From a virus (lineage: Duplodnaviria; Heunggongvirae; Uroviricota; Caudoviricetes), in IMG/VR virus record IMGVR_UViG_2693429605_000002: a stretch of DNA of 5,065 nucleotides; one strand, given 5' to 3'. The notes below the pieces were generated by a model. It did not search any database and had not been told where the DNA came from. It was given only the letters and a program-made list of their open reading frames with translations. Shown in pieces: positions 1 through 5,065 of the stretch. A program made the translations under genes and the position numbers. Position 1 is the stretch's first letter; every line of letters begins with the position of its first letter.

Positions 1-2390
1 CCACCATAAACATCACCTTGATTGGTAAGCAGCAGGTAAGTTTTAGCGCCATCATTACGCCATAATGCCCCATACTCCCCACCTATCATTCGAATCTGAT
101 TACCACCACGCGCTACAATTTCGTCTGTGGCAAAAAGTTTTTTGCACGACAAGTTATCGTTAACGATTAACGAATGAGACTCATAAAAACCACGCCCACT
201 CTTAAAATCAAGGATAACGTCCGCCGCGATACATTCAGTCGCCGGATTTGTTGCCCCAAACTTATAGGTCGTATCATTAACAACGAGATCAGCACCAGGT
301 GCGGATATTGACAGGCCATCTTCGATAAACGCAAAAACAGGGAAAGCAGCGCCATCAACATAGAACACAGAGCGCAAATCATCGCCCTTATTACTCATCA
401 TTATTGAGTGGATGGCTCGTTCATTGTTTTGATATTGCCAGAACATTCCATAAGCATAACGCCCCCTGTCAGTCCAGCCACCAGGCATAACAAATCCGTT
501 AAACTCGCAGTTATTCATCGGATCGCCTGCGGTTCGCGTTGCCGTGGTGATAATGACCCTTGATGCCAGTTCGCTTACTGAGCCAGCAGAACGCATAACA
601 ACAACAGGGTAATATTTTCCAGATGTTGCACCTGCAGGAGCGTTAACCCGCACATAACGCATACCACGCTTATCAGCAAAGTCTGTTTTACTGACCGCGT
701 TAATGTTGTTCAGGAAGCGTCCCTTATCGGGTATATCAGCGCCGTTCTGGTCTTTCTGCAGACGTTTCTCTGCATTGTTATAGGCTGATTTTACTGCCTT
801 TGGCGTTGCCGCCAGCGTTTCAGACGTGCTGTTGGTCGCGCTGCTTAGCTGGATTATCCCTTTCTGTGCTGTCGTTGCATCCTGTGCGGTGTATTTCCCG
901 TTAGCCAGGTCATACGCGGCCTTAACGGCTTTTGGCGTTGCCGCCAGTGACTCGGAAGTGCTGTTGGTCGCACTGCTGAGCTGTACTATCCCCTTTTTCG
1001 TCGTGCTCGCATCCTCAAGCGCCACGGCGGATGCAATATCCTCTGCCCGTTTTGCCGCTGTCTCAGCGCGCGTTGCCGCGGATTCCGCCGTACTTTTGCT
1101 CTGAGCTGCTGCCGTCGCACTGCCAGCTGCCTCTGTCGCCTTCGTGGATGCCGTCGTGGCGCTACCCTTCGCTGCTGACGCCTGTCTGGTCGCTTCATCT
1201 TTTGAAGCAGACGCAGATGATGCCGATGACGACGCCGAACTGGCTGACGATGCGGCAGCCGTTTTTGAGGATTCTGCGCTGGTTTCCGACGCTTTCGCGT
1301 TCGTTTCGGATGTCTTCGCTGCGGAAGCAGACCTCGCTGCTGCGCTGGCCTGTTCAGTGGCTTCGCCAGCCTTCGTTGTGGCTGTTGAAGCAGACGATGC
1401 GGCGCTTTCTGCCGATTTTCCGGCGGCGCTAGCACTGGCTGAGGCCTGCCCGGCACTTGTTGACGCTGCACTGGCAGACGACGCAGCCGCTGTTTTTGAG
1501 CCTGCCGCAGCCGAGGCGCTCTGTCCCGCTGCCGTTTCAGAAGACCTGGCGTTCGTCTCTGACGTTTTTGCCGCCTTCGCGGAATTTCCTGCCGCTGTTG
1601 CCGAGGAAGCTGCGCTACTGGCGCTCGAGGATGCGTTCGTTTCTGATGATTTTGCCGCCTCTTTTGAAGCCGCCGCATCCCGGGCTGAGGTGGCAGCTTC
1701 TGACGCTTTCGTAGTCGCGGTGGATGCAGAAGTGGCTGCTGATTGTTGTGACGCTGCAGCATTAGTTTCTGACGTTTTTGCGGCACTGGCACTGGTAGCT
1801 GCCGCGCTTTTTGAGGACTCTGCAGCGGCAGCACTTTTTGATGCTTCAGTGGCCTTTGTTGATGCCGTTCCTGCGCTGGAAGTCGCTGACTGAGCCGACG
1901 ACGCGGCCTGTCCGGCTGACGTGCTGGCTGCGCGTGCTGAGCCTGCAGCATCAGTCGCATGGGTTGCCGCCTCACGGGCTGATGTGCTGGCATCACTGGC
2001 TGACTTCTTCGCGGCTGCCGTGTTCTGTGCCACCACGGACGCGTTACGCGCCACCTCTTCCACCATCAGCTCAAAACGGCGCAGTGCCTCCGGACGGGCA
2101 TCATCCTCCGTCATGGCACCGAGAAAATCATTCAGCGTACCGGGTCGGGAATCTTCATACACTGTGATGGTCCCGGCATGTGACGGCGGGAATCCTTCCA
2201 CCAACAGAATAACGCTGTACTGACCGTACTCAACGTCCATACTGTAACGCCCGGCTTCATCCGGATTTTCAGATGCCAGCGTGTTCACCACCACCGTGGT
2301 ACTGTTACGTTTTGCTTTCAGCTGGATTGTGCAGTTCTGTACCGGTTTTCCTGTGCCGTCTTTCAGTACACCTGAAATCTTTACTGCCAT
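1..2390 (-). CDS. stf: Side tail fibre protein Stf, N-terminal 796 codons; 3' end and stop lie beyond the window start
   Basis: Not in the ORF track. Hand translation from ATG (complement of 2388..2390) down to position 3 gives 796 codons with no stop: MAVKISGVLKDGTGKPVQNCTIQLKAKRNSTTVVVNTLASENPDEAGRYSMDVEYGQYSVILLVEGFPPSHAGTITVYEDSRPGTLNDFLGAMTEDDARPEALRRFELMVEEVARNASVVAQ..., then an Ala/Ser/Thr-rich region, two GI(V/I)QLSSATNSTSE(S/T)LAATPKAVK fibre-repeat motifs, and a distal region ending ...GGEYGALWRNDGAKTYLLLTNQGDVYGG at the window edge. The first ~110 residues match lambda Stf as I remember it almost residue for residue. A GGGGTGA Shine-Dalgarno sits 2 nt upstream of the ATG. Confidence 0.88.
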   Translation of the reverse strand, partial: MAVKISGVLKDGTGKPVQNCTIQLKAKRNSTTVVVNTLASENPDEAGRYSMDVEYGQYSVILLVEGFPPSHAGTITVYEDSRPGTLNDFLGAMTEDDARPEALRRFELMVEEVARNASVVAQNTAAAKKSASDASTSAREAATHATDAAGSARAASTSAGQAASSAQSATSSAGTASTKATEASKSAAAAESSKSAAATSASAAKTSETNAAASQQSAATSASTATTKASEAATSARDAAASKEAAKSSETNASSSASSAASSATAAGNSAKAAKTSETNARSSETAAGQSASAAAGSKTAAASSASAASTSAGQASASASAAGKSAESAASSASTATTKAGEATEQASAAARSASAAKTSETNAKASETSAESSKTAAASSASSASSSASSASASKDEATRQASAAKGSATTASTKATEAAGSATAAAQSKSTAESAATRAETAAKRAEDIASAVALEDASTTKKGIVQLSSATNSTSESLAATPKAVKAAYDLANGKYTAQDATTAQKGIIQLSSATNSTSETLAATPKAVKSAYNNAEKRLQKDQNGADIPDKGRFLNNINAVSKTDFADKRGMRYVRVNAPAGATSGKYYPVVVMRSAGSVSELASRVIITTATRTAGDPMNNCEFNGFVMPGGWTDRGRYAYGMFWQYQNNERAIHSIMMSNKGDDLRSVFYVDGAAFPVFAFIEDGLSISAPGADLVVNDTTYKFGATNPATECIAADVILDFKSGRGFYESHSLIVNDNLSCKKLFATDEIVARGGNQIRMIGGEYGALWRNDGAKTYLLLTNQGDVYG
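780..998 (-). repeat. Two copies of the conserved phage tail-fibre repeat motif within stf, 135 bp apart
   Basis: Copy A (998..912) encodes KKGIVQLSSATNSTSESLAATPKAVKAAY; copy B (863..780) encodes KGIIQLSSATNSTSETLAATPKAVKSAY. The DNA copies differ mainly at synonymous third positions. I recall this motif as a widely shared tail-fibre repeat found in lambda Stf and related fibres. Confidence 0.7.
1020..2030 (-). repeat. Ala/Ser/Thr-rich low-complexity, internally repetitive coding region of stf (fibre shaft)
   Basis: About 340 codons dominated by GCN/TCN/ACN codons. The motif (A/K)K(T/S)SETNA recurs four times (coding on minus strand near 1779, 1653, 1569 and 1319), with related SAA/ASS/TKA(T/S)EA blocks between. 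The composition is so biased that other frames and the antisense strand also stay open here (track ORFs 1144..1893 + and 986..1996 -). Confidence 0.65.
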
Positions 2391-2392
2391 AT

Positions 2393-2399
2393 TCACCCC
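2393..2399 (-). promoter_or_regulatory. Shine-Dalgarno sequence of stf
   Basis: Minus strand reads GGGGTGA (complement of 2393..2399), then AT, then ATG at 2390. The spacer is short, so this is tentative. Confidence 0.45.
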
Positions 2400-2401
2400 A
2401 C

Positions 2402-2428
2402 AAAAAAGCCCGCCTGAACCCGCGGGCT
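2402..2428 (-). terminator. Putative intrinsic (Rho-independent) terminator downstream of lom, immediately upstream of stf
   Basis: Plus strand 2407..2413 agcccgc pairs with 2422..2428 gcgggct (7-bp stem, 8-nt loop ctgaaccc). On the minus strand the hairpin is followed by a T-run (complement of the A-run at 2402..2407) that leads straight into the stf Shine-Dalgarno. It lies 27 nt downstream of the lom stop. Confidence 0.6.
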
Positions 2429-2454
2429 GTCATAACACTGTGTTACCTGGCTAA

Positions 2455-3054
2455 TCAGAACTTATAACCAACAGCCACGATGAACCCGTCAGTGCGCCAG
2501 TCACCACTGCCGGAGCCTTCATAAGCGACATCAATGGCCACGGATTCGGTCGGGTTAAACTGCACGCCAGCTCCCCACGCCAGAGACGTGTTGCTGTGGC
2601 GACCGTCATCACTTCCGGTCAGCACATCGTGCTTTTTCCCCTTGTTGTCAGTTACGCGGAGATAATCCCCGGAGAAAGTCGACACACGGCTGTAAGCCAT
2701 ACCCGCCATCGCATACGCGCTGAACCATTCATTCACGCGCACAGACGGCCCCGCCATCACGCTGAACCAGCGATTACGCACGGAATCCTCATGCCAGCGG
2801 GTATCGCTGTAATGCGTTTTTTGCTCATCTTCAGCGTTGGCATAACTGAATGACGTAATCAGCCCCAGCGTGTCCGTAAACTCATAACGGTATTTCACGT
2901 TAATCCCGTTCAGTTCATCGCTGCCAGGAACGTTCGTCGAGACATGAAGATACCCCGCGCTCAGCGTTGACTGATGTTCAGACGCCCATGCAGGCGCACC
3001 GGATACGGCCAGACAAATGGCTGCGGACAAAATGGCGGCATAAAGTTTACGCAT
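2455..3054 (-). CDS. lom: Lom outer-membrane protein, Ail/Lom/PagC/OmpX-family small beta-barrel (199 aa), lysogenic-conversion moron
   Basis: Complete ORF in the track. ATG is the complement of 3052..3054 and is preceded by a GAGAGG Shine-Dalgarno; stop TGA is the complement of 2455..2457. N-terminus MRKLYAAILSAAICLAVSGAPAWA has the n/h/c layout of a Sec signal peptide with an AxA cleavage site. The C-terminus ...YEGSGSGDWRTDGFIVAVGYKF ends in Phe, the typical outer-membrane beta-barrel signal, and closely matches the lambda Lom C-terminus as I remember it. Alternating aromatic/hydrophobic residues fit an 8-strand barrel. Position between J and stf is as in lambda. Confidence 0.92.
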   Translation of the reverse strand: MRKLYAAILSAAICLAVSGAPAWASEHQSTLSAGYLHVSTNVPGSDELNGINVKYRYEFTDTLGLITSFSYANAEDEQKTHYSDTRWHEDSVRNRWFSVMAGPSVRVNEWFSAYAMAGMAYSRVSTFSGDYLRVTDNKGKKHDVLTGSDDGRHSNTSLAWGAGVQFNPTESVAIDVAYEGSGSGDWRTDGFIVAVGYKF

Positions 3055-3058
3055 AATT

Positions 3059-3065
3059 ACCTCTC
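3059..3065 (-). promoter_or_regulatory. Shine-Dalgarno sequence of lom
   Basis: Minus strand reads GAGAGGT (complement of 3059..3065) followed by the 4-nt spacer AATT and then ATG at 3054. Confidence 0.5.
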
Positions 3066-3075
3066 GCTTTTCTGC

Positions 3076-3102
3076 AATAAAAAAGGCGCCATTTCTGGCG
3101 CC
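3076..3102 (-). terminator. Putative intrinsic (Rho-independent) terminator between J and lom
   Basis: Plus strand 3085..3091 ggcgcca pairs with 3096..3102 tggcgcc (7-bp stem, 6 GC pairs, 4-nt loop tttc). On the minus strand the hairpin is followed directly by TTTTTTATT (complement of 3076..3084). It lies 20 nt downstream of the J stop and upstream of the lom RBS. No T-tract follows on the plus strand, so it is unidirectional. Confidence 0.6.
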
Positions 3103-3121
3103 CGTATATGGGTTATAAAAT

Positions 3122-5065
3122 TCAGCTGATACTGATGCCTGCGGTGGCTTTCTTCATCACCACAACCAGCAAATCGCTGATACTTGCTGTGGGATACCAG
3201 TTATTCACCAGCCATGCTGATACCGAAAACTCCAGCGTCATGTGACCGTGACCGGCAGGCATATCAATAACGCCACTGTAAATCAGCGTATTATCCAGCG
3301 CGGTACGGTTATAAATTTCAGCACCGTTTTTCCGCACTATCAGACGGCATGAGGAGTAAATATCAGTATGCTCTCTCTCATGCTTAGCGCCACTGAATGC
3401 CACCGCCGGAATAACAATCTGCCGGTCAAACGGCTGATCGTCATAAACCCTGACGGTAATGGTCCCTGATGGCCACCGCTCCGGTGCACGGGAGTCACGG
3501 GGGAAAGCTTTGCCCACTGTTTTAACGAGATCGCCTTCAATCTGGTTCGCGGACAGTTTTCCCAGAACCCGGCAGTTCTCGTTAATCGTGACGTTGTTGA
3601 GCGTCCCGGAGTTCGCATTCACGTTACCGCTAATATCGGCATTTTTCGCCGTCAGCCGCCCGTCCGGTGTCAGGGAAAATGCCGGAGGATTACCGCCGCT
3701 GGTAATGGTGGGAGCCGTCAGATATTTCAGGAACACGTCGTTCATGAATATCTGATCGCCCTGACCAACAAACATCGGCTTTGTGTTGCCATTCGCAGGA
3801 TTAATCATCGCAATCCTGTCCGCCGCCAGCAGCACCTGACTCTGCATACCGTCAGGGGTATTCTCAATACCGGCACCAATACCCGCGATATAAAGGCGTC
3901 CGTCCTGCATCTGCTGCAGCTTCACAGCCCACATGCTGTTCAGGTTATTATTTGTATCAACCTGAACCTTCTGTATCTGCTGGATCGCTGCACTCTGGTC
4001 TTCCAGTTTCTTATTGACGGTCTGCGTGATTTCATTACTGACATCCGTGATGGACGTTCTGATTTCCGCCAGGTCAGGCGCAAGCTGACCGTTATCAATC
4101 TGAGTCCACAACTCCTGAGCCAGATGGGTTTTCCCTATCTCTCCTTTGAAAAAATCCAGATAGCCGGATGCATCATCACTCGGCTGGCCAACAGCCTCCA
4201 CAAATGCCGATTTGCCAACGGTGTTCACACTGCGGATATAAAAGTAATAATCATGGCCCGGTTTGATATTGATACTGGCGGCTATCCAGTACAGCCCCGT
4301 GCCAAGGTAGCGGGCTGTGGTTTCAACCTGCCTGATATCGGTAATCCGCGTTTCCGAAAACCAGAACTCAAACTGTACCGTCGGGTCATACACCGCAAGA
4401 CGCGGGACCGCTGTTATCTGAAAATAGCCCGGTGTCAGCTCAATCTGTGACGGCGCTGCCGGTGCGGCAATCAGGAACGATACCGACGCCGGATCGCCCT
4501 GCTGTCCCCGGGCATTTACCGCCCGGACTGTCAGCGTGTAACGCCCCAGCGCCAGTTGTGTGAAGCGGTATGTGGTTTCTGCCGTCCGGGCTGTGCTGAC
4601 CAGCCGCTCACTGCCGTCATCCGCTGCCACGGTCAGGCGAAGCATGAAACTCACGCCCTTCACCACCTTCGGCGTGTCCCATCGCGCCAGCACCTGATAT
4701 TCCCCGCTGTCTGCGGTGACTTCGGCAGTCAGGTGCTGCACTGCTGGCGGCGTGACACCATTCACCGTGCCGCTCTGGTCGCCGTCAAAGTGCGCCCCGT
4801 TATCCACGATGGCTTCTTTTTCCGGTACATGCTGCACGGCGGTGATGGCATACGTGCCGTCGTCGTTCTCACGGATACTCACGCAGCGGAACAGGCGCTG
4901 GCGCAGCGTCGGCAGCTTCAGCCCCCACACGCTGTATCCGGCAACGCCGTCAGGAACACGGCTCACTTTTACCTTCACGCCGTCGGTGACGGACTGGACC
5001 TCCACGCTGACCGGATTGCCACTTCCGTCAACCAGGCTTATCAGCGTGGTACCGGAGGATGGCAG
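3122..5065 (-). CDS. J: Host-specificity / tail-tip attachment protein J, C-terminal part (647 codons plus stop); 5' end lies beyond the window end
   Basis: ORF track gives 3122..5005 (627 aa) beginning at an internal GTG. Hand translation of 5065..5006 in the same frame reads [20 protein letters not shown] with no stop, so the gene continues upstream out of the window. Stop codon TGA is the complement of 3122..3124. Identification rests on position (directly upstream of lom and stf, 67-bp gap to lom), large size, and beta-rich composition with segments resembling fibronectin-III-like repeats (e.g. [32 protein letters not shown]); no database search was possible. Confidence 0.88.
   Translation of the reverse strand: MPSSGTTLISLVDGSGNPVSVEVQSVTDGVKVKVSRVPDGVAGYSVWGLKLPTLRQRLFRCVSIRENDDGTYAITAVQHVPEKEAIVDNGAHFDGDQSGTVNGVTPPAVQHLTAEVTADSGEYQVLARWDTPKVVKGVSFMLRLTVAADDGSERLVSTARTAETTYRFTQLALGRYTLTVRAVNARGQQGDPASVSFLIAAPAAPSQIELTPGYFQITAVPRLAVYDPTVQFEFWFSETRITDIRQVETTARYLGTGLYWIAASINIKPGHDYYFYIRSVNTVGKSAFVEAVGQPSDDASGYLDFFKGEIGKTHLAQELWTQIDNGQLAPDLAEIRTSITDVSNEITQTVNKKLEDQSAAIQQIQKVQVDTNNNLNSMWAVKLQQMQDGRLYIAGIGAGIENTPDGMQSQVLLAADRIAMINPANGNTKPMFVGQGDQIFMNDVFLKYLTAPTITSGGNPPAFSLTPDGRLTAKNADISGNVNANSGTLNNVTINENCRVLGKLSANQIEGDLVKTVGKAFPRDSRAPERWPSGTITVRVYDDQPFDRQIVIPAVAFSGAKHEREHTDIYSSCRLIVRKNGAEIYNRTALDNTLIYSGVIDMPAGHGHMTLEFSVSAWLVNNWYPTASISDLLVVVMKKATAGISIS

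Noticed and set aside
167-382. 71-aa minus-strand ORF
   Set aside because: It is out of frame with and wholly inside the stf distal coding region. It is short and has no independent support.
1-700. Possible invertible fibre segment (Mu G / e14 P-type DNA inversion switching the fibre C-terminus)
   Set aside because: I could not find a gix/pix-like crossover site or inverted repeats at the constant/variable junction, and no invertase gene is in the window. It cannot be excluded for sequence beyond position 1.
780-1010. Possible diversity-generating retroelement (variable repeat / template repeat pair) in the fibre gene
   Set aside because: Both repeat copies are in-frame coding copies of the conserved fibre motif. 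Their differences are mostly synonymous third-position changes, not adenine-specific substitutions, and no reverse-transcriptase gene or non-coding template copy is present in the window.
1144-1893. 249-aa plus-strand ORF rich in Ala/Asp/Val/Phe
   Set aside because: It is antisense to the Ala/Ser-rich stf shaft, whose GCN/TCN codons give an open, Ala-rich complement. There is no Shine-Dalgarno upstream, and it is entirely embedded in a gene with strong homology support.
986-1996. 336-aa minus-strand ORF rich in Arg/Gln/Pro
   Set aside because: It is an alternate frame of stf (codon phase differs by one). Its extreme Arg/Pro/Gln composition is the typical shadow of a GC-rich low-complexity coding region, and the stf frame is the one supported by the recognisable lambda-like sequence.
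1020-2030. CRISPR-like array suggested by recurring short motifs
   Set aside because: The repeats are imperfect and irregularly spaced, and they lie inside an open reading frame encoding a repetitive protein. There is no repeat-spacer architecture.
826-2223. Plus-strand track ORFs 826..1104, 1031..1432, 1457..1714, 1811..2167 and 1921..2223
   Set aside because: All are antisense to stf within its biased region, with low-complexity translations and no ribosome-binding sites. They are shadow ORFs.
2273-2467. 64-aa plus-strand ORF spanning the stf start and the lom-stf terminator
   Set aside because: It is antisense to the stf 5' end and the terminator hairpin, and is short with no Shine-Dalgarno. 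It is most likely spurious.
2596-2853. 85-aa plus-strand ORF inside lom
   Set aside because: It is antisense to a well-supported OMP gene, with a His/Arg-rich low-quality translation.
3340-4450. Track ORFs 3340..3618 (-), 3459..3755 (+) and 4124..4450 (+) inside J
   Set aside because: They are alternate-frame or antisense ORFs embedded in J with no start-site support. The J frame is continuous through this region.

Overview
The whole window is the tail-tip / side-tail-fibre module of a lambda-like (lambdoid) phage or prophage, with all three genes on the minus strand in the classic order J -> lom -> stf. It holds the 3' ~1.9 kb of host-specificity gene J (3122..5065, 5' end beyond the window), the complete outer-membrane moron gene lom (2455..3054), and the first ~2.4 kb of side-tail-fibre gene stf (2390..1, 3' end beyond the window). 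The stf frame is missing from the supplied ORF track, apparently because it has no stop inside the window; I translated it by hand from the ATG at 2390 and found 796 codons with no stop. lom is bracketed by two minus-strand hairpin + T-tract terminators, the usual moron arrangement. I do not see a new defence or other undescribed system here: every long ORF outside J, lom and stf is an alternate-frame or antisense shadow of these genes. The points most worth follow-up are the Stf distal region, which looks unlike what I recall of lambda Stf, the Ala/Ser-rich repetitive shaft, and the terminator-flanked lom cassette. Protein identities rest on my recollection of lambda proteins and on gene order, not on a database search.
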